Translations under genes and position numbers: made by a program
Assembly (NCBI GenBank): GCA_017654855.1
Contig: CM030332.1
Location: 6,076,001-6,140,000, forward strand
Direction: 5' to 3'
DNA length: 64,000 bases
Origin: Podospora anserina
Taxonomy: Eukaryota
Shown: in pieces, positions 10,741 through 23,075 of the stretch
Layout of the letters: every line of letters begins with the position of its first letter
How positions within the stretch are numbered: position 1 is the stretch's first letter
Notes under the pieces: model-generated
Told to the model about the DNA's origin: nothing
Databases searched by the model: none
What the model saw: only the letters and a program-made list of their open reading frames with translations

Positions 10741-11900
10741 ATAGCAAATGGCAAAAAATTTGGTCGTTGGGTCAGAGGGGTGTGCTTTTGGTGGAAGATG
10801 AGGAATGCGGATCAGACGCATTTCAACCTGTGAGGTGGTCTACGGCGTGAAGAAGACTGGGATCAGGGTTAAGCTGGTATTATTCAAAATAGCGGATTTG
10901 GGGTTGTGGTTCAGAGTTCCATGGCGGGGTTAGGTAGAGGCACCAGGTTCTGGAGAGGATAATGCAAAGCGTTTGATATTGGTAGTTGGCTCTGGAAGAG
11001 TTGGAAGGGATATAATATGTTGACAGCACTGAATATCAGCGATTTCACACTCGTGAATTGTTCTGGACGGGTCGTGGCCAGTTTCAGGGGCGATGGCTGT
11101 TTCTGATTGCGGGGGAGCTATCTACCATGTTGTGGACGACAACTATTTGCTGGTATTGACCTTGAAAAAGACAAGATCCACGGGAAGTGGATGTGGTTAG
11201 ACTAGATCTTTTGGAAGAGAGTTGATCATTGATGCTTTGATATGATTGAAAGCTTGCTATCAAACTCCATCATTCCAAAGGGAGGGGAGTTCACCGTCTC
11301 TCCTGAAGGTCAATCTTGGATAATGATTCGGCGTGTTTGTACACAGGGCACAAGTCATGTACCTCGAGGGATAGCCAAGAGGGCAGTCAAAATGGTATAA
11401 ATCAGAGGAGCTAGCAGAACCATCCCCTATCTTCTGGGCCCTTTGACAACAAGAATAGCAGTCTAGATGACTTAAGACGACAGGGGAGACGTTCGTTGCG
11501 CTCGTGTTGGCACAAAGCATCAAGAAGGCAAACAGAACCGGGACACAATACACACAAATGCTGGCATCAAGAATTGCTCGAATCAGGAATGTGTTATTGG
11601 TCTAATTTCAGACTGATAACTACGGCCTAGACGTCTGTCCCTTTTTTGTTGGCATGAATCATCATGAAGAGGTCCCTCCAGGAGCTCTCTGTTCATCACT
11701 TCAGAGTGCACCATCAAGCGTTGTGCGTTTGTTGTTGTCGGAACCAGCACTCGAATTGCTCTTTTGTGTACTATCTTTTCCCTAAAACCAAGATAGCCCA
11801 GGCACCGCACGCATAGCGCATCATGCCCGTGAGCAGACCGTTGTCCCGTTTCGCCGAACCCATGAGAGACTGAATGCAAGAACCACCAATATCCCAGCCC

Positions 11901-12735
<835 letters not shown>

Positions 12736-13289
12736 GTTGTCGGTTGTCGAGTGATCACGATCTCGCTCGGTTCGATAGTGCTGGTATCGAAGAGCGAAAT
12801 TCAGACAGTCGCGATTCTGGAGGTGGATTTGACTTGGGTGAGCGCAGTAGGCCTTGGTGAGTGGTCAGCGCTGGTTCTTTCGGACCCACTCACAAAATTC
12901 GTAGGGCTCAGTGCCCTCACAAGCCCCGCGTTCGGTTGGTCGGTGGCTGCGCTGCTCTTGTGGCTCGTGCTGTGGCTGATGGGGCCTCAATTCTTCCCGC
13001 CCCCACCTGCAGCACTTCCACTCAGTTCACTGCCAAACGCGTTCGTCGCGACTCTCGCAGTATCCGTACGTCATATTAGTTTTTGGGATTCCCTTCCAAG
13101 TGGTCATGTTTTCGACATTTATTTTCTCCAACTCTCTTTCAAAACCTCACAGCAATTTCACGACCATGGGCTTGCTTCTTTCAAGACCATGATTTTCTCT
13201 CGAATTAGAGCTCTTACACCAAGTTCGAGTTGATAGGATTGTATTTTGCAACTTTCTCACCAACAGCCTAGCTTCGACCAAGCCGCTCT

Positions 13290-14420
13290 CTAGATGCGCT
13301 GGAAAACAGAAATACTAGAGCGCGCCCTTCCACCCCACGCAAACATGGTGTTCTCTGGACAAGACGATCCCAAGGCGGCATTGTTCAACCAAGCTGGCTC
13401 CCAGTAGAACAATCCATTGCCCCGATTGACGGACCGAACAACGTCTGCCACCTTTGTCACATACTGCACCTGCCCAGCCTCGGAAAACGGAATGCTTCGG
13501 ACATCGGCGGGGAACTGATATCTTGGATTCGGGCACTGAACAGGCCAGTTGGTCTCGACGACCTGAATCTCCTTGCCCCAAGTGTTGGCCATGTTGGTCA
13601 AACTGGTCTTGAGCGCGCTGAGTGAAGCCGCCTCGGAGTAGAATGGGTAAAAAGACACTCCCATGATGTCATAGTCCGACGCCTCAAAAGTTCCTTGTCT
13701 GAGGACGTTTGTGTACCAGTTGTTTTGAGTATTCCAGTTCCTGTGTTAATCCTCATTAGCACACGTTTTCCCGTTCTAAAGCGAACAAAGAATATCCTGG
13801 ATCAAGGGTTCTTACCATCCATTGTCGAGATGGATCATGATCTTTGGCTTGGGGCTAAGCCTCGAGTCTTTGATACCCCAGGCGGCGCTACGCAGCAGGC
13901 GTGCGATGTTTCCCCAGTTGTTGGTTCTTCCTGTCGGCCACAGCAAGCCAGGTGTGATCTCATTGCCGATGGAGATGATGGTTGGCTGAATGCCGGCATC
14001 TTGGAATCTGTTGCAAGATTCCAGGGTGTAGTTGTACAGCTTCCAGGAAAGATTGTCGATGTCGGTCGGCCATCCGGAGGGGATACCCTGCTTGCCCGGG
14101 TCGGCCCAAGTGTCGCTGTAATGGAAGTCGATGTACACACCGAGCCCGACAGCTTTCGCCCTTCTCGCAAGCTGGATGTTGTAATCCATGTTGTACTCGC
14201 CGTTGCTGGGGTTGACCCAGACACGCTGCCGAACAGTATTCACGCCATTCTCAACCAGGATTCTTTCGAGGGGCTTGGTGTTGCCGTTGACATCCTTGAA
14301 CGACATGCCGGCCCGCTCCTCAATGAGAAGAGAAGACCAGTCCACACCTTTGTAGGTGATGGCGGCGTTCACAGCTGGAAGCCCAGCCAAAAGCAAAGTT
14401 GACAACGATGGGAGAAGCAT
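13290..14420 (-). CDS. Secreted GH53 endo-beta-1,4-galactanase; intron 13815-13741
   Basis: Signal peptide, YKGVDWSS, VRQRVWVNP, DFHYSDTWADPG, SIGNEI (acid/base), MGVSFYPFY, VVETNWP (nucleophile), GLFYWEPAW. Confidence 0.95.
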
Positions 14421-15086
14421 AGTGGATAACGGGATGTGAGGAGTTGCTGATCCGATCCAGGTACCTGGGCCTGGTCAACGCCATACGGGCATACCATGGT
14501 TTTATATGATCGACCAGGAAACACCCACCCGGCCTAGGCATCAAAGCGATCTCTCGTGATTGCTGGAAACCAGGTCCACATCCCGGATTTGTTACTCTAG
14601 AAGCCGTAAGCCAACGTTTTTGGCGGCATCGGAAGCCTTGGCAGACATGATTTGCAAACTTATGTCTTTGAAAGTGCGGAGGAGTGTGTGAGTTGCCTTT
14701 TCGGTTCAGCCTGGGTATCATGCCTACACAAAAAGGGCCGCCTGTGAAGCGAGTATGACAGACCCCGCCAATCAATCTACATCAGACGGTACTCCCCCAC
14801 ACTGGCAGTTTCTCTTGGATGGGAAACAAGAGCCGTTTTGGAAACTAACAGCAGCTGGCTTTCCAGTAGTAATTAAGCAAAACTACGGCTGCCCATCAAA
14901 TGAAAGCCGGAGAATGGCGCGCTTGAATCTGGGGTTGAGTCTTGCCACCAATCATGTCTAGGCTTCGGCTCGTGACGTTCCGGGCGTTACGGTCACATTA
15001 AGGATTCAAGGCCTGGTACTTGGCTAGGAAGTGGTTCTTTCTGACGCTATTCCTACACGGAAACTGAGAGCACCTATAGCATCATA

Positions 15087-16331
15087 TCATTGCTCTTCCT
15101 CTGACACCTTCCATACAAGCCGTTCACCAGACGGGACCTGGTCCCTTAATAGCTGAAGGGCATTCTGTGCCCTCTCCAGCAGTGTAGCACCTTCGACGAT
15201 CCTGGTCCTGTTCGGTTGGATAGCGCCTTGAGCCAGCAAGGCAGGAATGATCTCGGGCTGGAGTTTGTCTCGATAGAAGCCGTTCTGTTCAAGATATATC
15301 AGTCATCATTGTCACACTCTCCTTCCCGGTTCAAGATAACTCACCTCCTCGTAATTCAACGTCCTCACCCCCATGACCTCAACCCCTTCTTGCCACACCA
15401 CCCCCTCCACATGCTTTTCATCCGCCGCAAACACCGGCCTCCTCCCCTCTGCAGCAGGAACCTCAATCACAGGCAACATAACCGCCACTTTACTCCCTCT
15501 CTCTGCGATCTTGCTCAGCGGTTTCAAAGTCCCATCCCTAGACCCAATACAATCAACAAAATACGGGATCCTCGGCCCCGCCCCTTGTCCCCCTTCTCGG
15601 TCAAGATACCTCCCAATCTCCCCCACCACCCCAGAATTCCTATAATCAAAACACACCCTCGCCCCTAGCCTCCTCAACTCCCCATGATGCTTCCCGCTCG
15701 CAACAGCAATAACATGATCATACCCCCAATACTTGAGCACCTGTATCACATACAACCCAACCGAACTGCCCCCTCCCCACACCAGCACCTTTTTTCCCTC
15801 CCCACTTTTAAACCCCCTCGGCTTCGGCCAAGGCAGCCGTATCCCCAAATCGGCACTCAGACAATGAAAAGCCGTAACCAGATTCGCAGGCACCGTAACC
15901 GCCTCCCTCAACCCCCAGCCTACTATCCCTTGGGGTAGCTTGGAGATCTTGTGCACCGGGACTGTGACGTACGTCTGGAAGGCGGCCTCCCTCGGGTTGC
16001 CGTCGGAGACGAACCCAAAGACTCTGTCGCCTTCTTTGAGGGTCTCGTGGAGCTCGTGGTTGATGTTCAGACCCGAGGAGGAGGAGGAGAGGCTGGGGCT
16101 GAGCCAGAGGGTGACGATTGTACCTGCGAAGGCGGTGCCGAGGTGGAAGGGGAAGGAGGGGATGGCGAGATTGCCTGCGGCGCGGTGGAGGTCGAGCGGG
16201 GTGGAGCAGGTCCAGGTTACTTTGATGAGGGCTTCGTTTGGGTTGGGGGCGTGGGTGGGGGTTTGGAGGAGGGTTGGGGGCGCAAAGGGGGAGGGGAGGA
16301 CGATGGAGGGGTGGGTTTTGGGGGCTGTCAT
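15087..16331 (-). CDS. MDR-family (zinc-binding dehydrogenase / enoyl-reductase-like) oxidoreductase; intron 15344-15285
   Basis: GDRVFGF, AFQTYVTVP, EAVTVPANLVTAFH, VLVWGGGSSVGLYVIQVLKYWGY Rossmann motif, C-terminal SGERLVWKV. Confidence 0.88.
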
Positions 16332-16872
16332 TGTGGTAGTGGTCGGGTGTTGATGGTTGGTGGGTGGTGGAAGTAGGCGGGTGGTGATGGTAGGTGTGTG
16401 GTGATAATGGCTGCGGTGGTGATACTTTGCGGGATCCGAGCAAGTCGAAACCAAAGCAGATAAACTGTAATGTTCAAAATGTCACAGTCGCAATGCAAAA
16501 CCCATAACTGCCATTTGTCATGAGGGAAAAAAAAAAGTGAGGATAGCGTGTGATAAAAGTAAGGCTACGACAGTGATTAACAAATTCTGGGTCTCGCTTG
16601 GTATTTATCTGCTTGGTTGCGTTTCCCTGCTTGACGGGATAAACGTCCGTTCCCCCCCCCCCTTCCGACCTCTCTCGTTATTTGTCGCCTACATATTCGT
16701 CCAACACTTTTCCTTGGTAAAAGAAAGGGCTGAGTTGGCGGGTATCACAAAGTTTTGGGCCCGAATCTGATAACCCGATTTCTAAGCCGGATGGTTCTTG
16801 TCTCGCTCTCTCGCTTCCCCACCCTGTTCCTGTTTGTTTGTTGGTTGTTAGCATGTTCCGTTTCAAGTTCAG

Positions 16873-16890
16873 TCTCTCTCTCTCTCTCTC
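16873..16890. repeat. (TC)9 microsatellite
   Basis: Direct read. Confidence 0.9.
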
Positions 16891-19022
16891 CTTTGATCGT
16901 TTCCCAGTTCAGGGCACTGCCGAAATCCGGGCATATCTGCACGTCGTGGTTGGCTGGTTGCTGCCCAGGTTTCATTACGTCGACGGTTCTCTCACACCCA
17001 CACCACTCTCCCCCCCTGCGAGGGCTATGTGTCGTGATAGCGAATGGGGAGCGCTGGCGAGGGCTGGAATCAAAAAGGGAGATAGGGCAGGGAGGCATCC
17101 GAACCGGTGCTGGAGAGATATCGGGTCAGTGGCTTCGTAGAGTTTTCGGCGATGCAGACATCATCTCTCAGGCGGGAGAGCCGATTGGAACGTGGGGTGC
17201 AGAATGGTGTGCATTTAATCATGACCTGGCCCCAAAAGAGGTCGCGACCGCCTCTATCTCTCGTTGTATCATCCTACGCAGAGACCGGGAGCCGTATCCG
17301 GGTTGGATTGCATCTGCATACCCCATGAATCACACTGCAGTCAACGTCTAGACTGATACCACGCTATCTTCTTCAATGCCCGTTGCCGCTGAAGAACAAG
17401 GGGCGGTAAGACGTGAGTGATACGCTAGAGTTTGAAGCCAAATCATGAAAATTGAAGTTTTGCGAAACGCAGGGGTTGGTGTGACATTTTCTTCCTCACA
17501 TCCCAAGCAGCAAGTATGCTCAAGATTGCAATGAAAAGAAAGAGGGATAAAAGCCGGTCAGACTTCCATCGATACCCACCCCGCTTGAGCGCCCAAAGGC
17601 AAGACCTCAAGAAAATCAGGGTACAGATCATCGCCACTCTCTATACAGCCGCAGCACAAAGGCCAGCGACCGCCACCTTTGCAGGCAGATCGAGAGTAAA
17701 AGGCTTCTCACTGTTGGGCACCGAGGATATCGTTCATCAACCCGGGTGGGATCTGTGGCTCCTTTAGGGAACACAAAAGAGGACGACTACTATAGAAATG
17801 ATTCTCTGAAGTATTGTCGACATGAGGAAAAAAAGAAAAAGAAGATTGAAATTTTGGCAGACAGGTCGAGAATATATACTGGTGGTGGGGTGGCCAGTGC
17901 ACGCCTGCAAATTCTGTGAATTCGCATGTGCTCGCACAGACCACTGAAGGTTTTACTGCCCCACTCCACGAGAGCATGTTCATGTCAAGCATCCCAAGCA
18001 ATTCACTCGAAAAGCTTGACAAACAGATTCACTGGCTGGTCGTGGCTGCGGGAGACTTTCCAGTGGCTGTTGTGGTGGCTGGCGATATCTTGAAGAGCCG
18101 TTGGCTGTATCAACACTCGAAAATGAGGGGCTGTCACATAGTTCCCCTCGATTCATTGCTGACATCATGATGGGCATGAAAGCAGCAAACAAATACTCGA
18201 AAAAGGCTCTACAGTAGTCCAGGAATACCGTTGACGTCTTTGACCTTCCTGTACAGCTCTCTTGTACCTTTCAATTTCCTTGCTCTCGCTCATTTCTTCG
18301 CATTTGCTTCCCTCAGAGCGTCAGATGTCAGTCTGGACAAGCAAATGCCGAGAGCCCCTCCAAAACCGGTCCCTGCAGGTGCCAGAGTGGAGACCAAGAA
18401 GCTGGGCTTCGCACGGTGCTCGTAGGGAACAGCTCTGGAAGATGGACTAAAATGGCATGTTGCTGAAGTTTAATATCGCCAGAGCCAATATTGAGATCAA
18501 GAGTTCGTAAAGACTTGAGGATCTGTCGCACAAAGAATCGGCAAGGGGCATTCAAAATGGTGGTTGCCCGAGTCTTTGTAGCACTGTGGATAGAGAATTG
18601 GATCCGGTTGTCCAACGGTCGCCTAGCCATTTTGGGATGCAGCTATCCGCGTCTTGTCGCGAAATGGACAGTAGGAGAGCCTCCCCTCTTGTCGCCGCAT
18701 TCGCTGACCATTTGACATGCGGCAGAAGCTCGTAGCAACTTTGCCTCGGATGCTTGCTCTCTGTGCCGTCGCCATTAGACGTTGAACTCCCTCGCCGATG
18801 AATATTCTCCCATGCGATTGGGCTTCCCCTCCCCGCTGCGCCAAACCTTCCGAGCACATGCCGTAATCTTAGCCATTCGATAATTCGATTTTGGCAGATT
18901 GGTTACGAGCTGATCGATCTCACGGCAACAACATCCGACCACACTTTAAAGCAAGTCAAGTCGTCAACACCACCACCGACAACGGCTACACTTGGTCCAC
19001 AAAGAATTGTCGACCACTCACC

Positions 19023-19842
19023 ATGCCATCCCAACGGCGCCTACGGGCCCTTCTCTATACCGTCCTCGCCGCCGTCGTGGTGCTCCTCTTCTTCACTTCA
19101 CAGGCCCGCCATTCACGAGAGACGGGCGCGATCAAGGACTTCTACCACAAGACGATGAATGGGTTGGAGAGGGAACGTGGCGGCTCGCAGCAAGTGATAC
19201 CAGCGCACGACCACGATGCCGACGGCGACATTGACGAGGACGACGCCATCATGGCCAAGGAGATGGCTGCTCAGTTGAAGCAAGCAGAACAGAAGGCAAA
19301 GGAAAATGCCAACGCAAAGGCACCCAACAAGCCCGACGACCCCAAGAAGGTCATTGGTGTTGGAAGTGCGGCAGGTGGTCACAAGGAGGAAGAGGACGGG
19401 GATCTGGAAGTGGAAGAGACGCCCGAGGAGCACCAAGTTGAAGTTGAGCTTGACTTGATATTAAGGAAGTCTCCAGGTTGGTTTCTTTCTCTCTTTGTTG
19501 CCACCGTAGTTGCTCATGTGCTTTGTAGTCATCATCTTCTCCAAGTCGTACTGCCCGTACTCTAAGCGCGCCAAGGGCATTCTTCTCGAGAAATATGTCA
19601 TTGAACCGGCGCCATATGTGGTCGAGCTCGACCTTCATCCTCTGGGCCGCAAAATCCAGGACAGGTTGGCGATCATAACCAAACGAACCACAGTACCAAA
19701 TATCATGATTTACGGCAAAAGCATCGGTGGCGGCGACGACGTTGCTGCACTCGACAATGATAACAAGTTAGCTGCCAAGATCAAGGAGTTGGGCGGCAAG
19801 CGGGTCGAGGTGTCGAAGAGGTTCTCCGAGAAGTCGTCATAA
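19023..19842 (+). CDS. Membrane-anchored monothiol glutaredoxin (Grx6/7-like); intron 19477-19528
   Basis: N-terminal signal anchor, then VIIFSKSYCPYSKRAK active site, RTTVPNI and SIGGGDD. Confidence 0.9.
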
Positions 19843-20976
19843 GAGAGGAGAGGGCAGATTTCACCATGAAGACACACCATACCTTATCATGCAGCCGCTC
19901 GAGGCGATAGAGCCACATGCAAACTCAACACCCCCTCCCTCGATATCAACCATGTGTCTTATACCGCCATGGGCGCTTCATTTTCTTGGATTTAAAGCAA
20001 CAAACATATGGGCTTGCATTATTGGCGTTTTGGGGCATATTGACAGCAAAGAAACTCATACCATTTCAGGGGCGGGCTGCTCGGAGCGGCCCTTTGTTTG
20101 AACCAAGTCTCTGTATAATAGTTCACTGGAGAACGTTTTAATTCACTGACCGGCACAAGACTCAGATGTTGCTGCAAAGACATCTGACAGAAGCTCCCCG
20201 GTGTTATCTCTCAAGGTACACCGCAGCATGTGGGAAGAAGATGTTTTGGCGGGGTTGGACTTGCAGCACTGCCTGAATGATACCTACCTTGAAGTACGGA
20301 GTAATGGAGGCATTATTCTTTCAGATACACACCGAGTTTCCGACATTCCTTTGTGATTCCGGATGACCATGCTTTGTCCCTATCTCAACCAGCAATCGGG
20401 CACACCACCCCGTCACGTCTTCTCATGATATGCTCACGACATCGTCTCGCAGCCGCTACCAGCCGACAAGCCTACCTAGATTCTCATCTCATCTGGATAT
20501 AGTAGGCACGTCTTGGGTGAAGCTGCGGTAATCGGGGGAACCGTCTGCCAGGCTAGCTTGGGCACCTGGTTCCTGATGCCAAGATCCGCGCACCTTGCTG
20601 GCTCCTTCTTCGTCACGGCCATCAAGGTGCATAGATACTGCCGTCGAGGTTCTCTCCCCCACAACCACCCTCTCCTCCCGTCAATTTATCATCATCCATT
20701 TATTCCTGCATCTTTTCTCTTCTCCCATTGCCGCTCAACTTCTTCTTGACTCTATCAAACGATCACCGGCTTGGTTTCTCCTTATTAGCAGCTTTTGTTA
20801 CAGGGTTAATATCTTCTTACCATCCGTCCTGGCACTACCGGAATAGCTACACCACACCTATCCAAACTGTCGCTGGCATACACTTAAATAACCACCCAAA
20901 ATTACATACAACACACACATATACGGTTAAGGCCATATCAGCGGAAGGGATCTCCACCCTCCACCCTGACACCATC

Positions 20977-22236
20977 ATGACCACCAACTCTGCCACAACA
21001 ACGACAACGTCGCTCATCAACGCCGACATAACCCTCCTCATTGCAGAGCAAACCGACCTCCCAACCTTGCTCGCGCTAGCCAGCACAAACAAGCACCTCA
21101 ACGGCCTGATCAACACATACGAACACTCGATCATCAAGTCCAAAATCACCACCGCTATCCCAAACCCACTCCTCCAACCTCCCCTCGGGTCAGTCCTATC
21201 CTCCCACAGCTCCTCCACCCGCCAAATCCTGCCACCTTGGTCCTTCCAAGTAGCAGCCGAACTCGAACGCCGCCACGCCCACACCGAAGCCATGTTCAAC
21301 ATTTCCACCGTCCCCCCAACCCCCTTGATATCAGCCATGTTCCGCGTCCCTTCTTTTGCGGCGCTGCCACGGCAGCAGTTTACCCAACTGGTCGACCTGT
21401 TCAAACGGGCTTGCTGCCTGGCGGATCATATCTGTGATTTGGCGCTGCTGGTCAAGATACCGGCCATGGCGAGGGAGCTGTCGGCTGTGGATCCGTACGT
21501 GGTGCAAAAGGCGATCCACCGAACGAGGCAGGGGTTTATTAAAGGGTTGGAACCGTTGGATCTGGCGTTGTTGACGCATTTGGCGGCGTTGGGGGGGATG
21601 GCGTATGCGGAGGAGATGGGGGAGTTGATGAGTTCTGATCCGGAGGGGTTGGAGAGGATGGTGGCGTTCAAGGAGACTATTATACGGGAGGGGAGCGCGG
21701 CGCTTTGGGGTTTTTTACATCCAAAGGAGGGGGAAGTGATTGAGGGGAATGGACCACCTTCTTTGCCGCCTAGGGCGAGGGGGAGCGGGCTTGGGAGGTA
21801 TATTGCGGGCAAGGTGGAAGGGGTGTTGAGGGATTTGCATGCTTATGAGATGGGGCTTAAGGAGCGGGATCATGAGGAGGCGGAGGGAGAGGGGGAGGGG
21901 GAGTGGGCGGATAAGGAGGGGGTGAGGGAAGGGGGGTGGGAGGATGATGATGATGATCCGTTTGTTGTTTTGCATGGGCTTCATCAGACTATCATGGGTG
22001 CCTTTCCTAAGCCGATTGAGGAACCAAAGGACGATGAGGGGGATGCTGTGATAGAAGATGAGAGTGAGCAGTGGGAGGGAGAAGGGGTTGAATATGAGGA
22101 GGTGGATATTGAGGGCGAGGATGTGAGTTCTGAAGAAGAGGGAGAGATAGAAGAGGAAGAGGAAGTTTTCCCTGTTGAACCTAGAGAACAGTTGATCCTG
22201 GAGGTGGTTAGAAGTGCGGTTCCATGCTCAGTTTAG
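20977..22236 (+). CDS. Hypothetical protein with F-box-like N-terminus and acidic C-terminus
   Basis: LINADITLLIAEQTDLPTLLALASTNKHLNGLI resembles an F-box pattern; long ORF; ATG at 20977 in good context. Confidence 0.65.
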   Translation: MTTNSATTTTTSLINADITLLIAEQTDLPTLLALASTNKHLNGLINTYEHSIIKSKITTAIPNPLLQPPLGSVLSSHSSSTRQILPPWSFQVAAELERRHAHTEAMFNISTVPPTPLISAMFRVPSFAALPRQQFTQLVDLFKRACCLADHICDLALLVKIPAMARELSAVDPYVVQKAIHRTRQGFIKGLEPLDLALLTHLAALGGMAYAEEMGELMSSDPEGLERMVAFKETIIREGSAALWGFLHPKEGEVIEGNGPPSLPPRARGSGLGRYIAGKVEGVLRDLHAYEMGLKERDHEEAEGEGEGEWADKEGVREGGWEDDDDDPFVVLHGLHQTIMGAFPKPIEEPKDDEGDAVIEDESEQWEGEGVEYEEVDIEGEDVSSEEEGEIEEEEEVFPVEPREQLILEVVRSAVPCSV

Positions 22237-23001
22237 AGAGGGACAGATGTATATACACAGGCGTTCAGACATTGGCTTAGCGTAGGGGTCCTTTCTTTTC
22301 TGGTGTTTGGGTTAAGCATGGAGCTGCAGGCGGGGTGCAATTCGGGGATATACAGGGCAGCGATGGAGGTATGAACGGGCTTTTGAATTATTGCAGGGTG
22401 GGCCCTGTGTGTTTATTCAGGAAGCCTATCTGGTCAGGTATGATGATGCCGCCCACATACAGTTGGGTGGCAAGATGGTCAGGAGGGAACGGGGTCCATG
22501 ACGGGACGGGCAGTGGATGGGACTCTCAGTACAGCGTTCGTTTAACCTTGAGGTTTTTCTGCTTGGCAGAAAGATGACGTATACCCTTTTGGTAGGAAAT
22601 CATTGCTATTCCAGGGTTTCTCATGACCTCATTTCTTGTTCTAGAAATAGACCTGCTGTGTTCCATTTCCTGGGAAATCCGCGGAACCGCCCCTGGCCGG
22701 TGAACAACAAAGGTGTTTCCTGTCCGCGACAAAGACACTGTTCGCTGGACTCTCCAACAAAGGTATTGTACGAGAGATTAGAAGTTATTTTGGGAACAAT
22801 CTCATTGAACAAAGGGCTTCTTCAGGTAATATTTAAGGACGGGACACCCCTCTCGTAATTCTTTCTTCTCTTTTCTGGTCTAGACATTTAAAACCAACAG
22901 CAAAAACGATCAGAGTTTATTACGACTACTACTACTACTATTTGCAGCTTGTGATCAACACTTCTCGTAACAAACACAACACACATCACTACCCAACTAC
23001 T

Positions 23002-23002
<1 letters not shown>

Positions 23003-23053
<51 letters not shown>
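23003..23053. repeat. (CAA)17 microsatellite 22 nt upstream of the ATG at 23076
   Basis: Direct read. Confidence 0.95.
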
Positions 23054-23055
<2 letters not shown>

Positions 23056-23075
23056 GCCACACCAGATCACTCAAG

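Noticed and set aside
11260-11553. 97-aa Cys-rich ORF resembling a small secreted protein
   Set aside because: Starts at GTG with no upstream in-frame ATG, lies in the RPS15 downstream region and shows no codon bias
16537-18890. Several 60-198-aa ORFs in the 2.6-kb gap between the MDR reductase and glutaredoxin genes
   Set aside because: No domain similarity, no consistent splice model and non-ATG starts; treated as intergenic, although an unrecognised small or degenerate gene cannot be excluded
22888-23070. Poly-cysteine ORF on the minus strand
   Set aside because: Translation of the (CAA)n microsatellite
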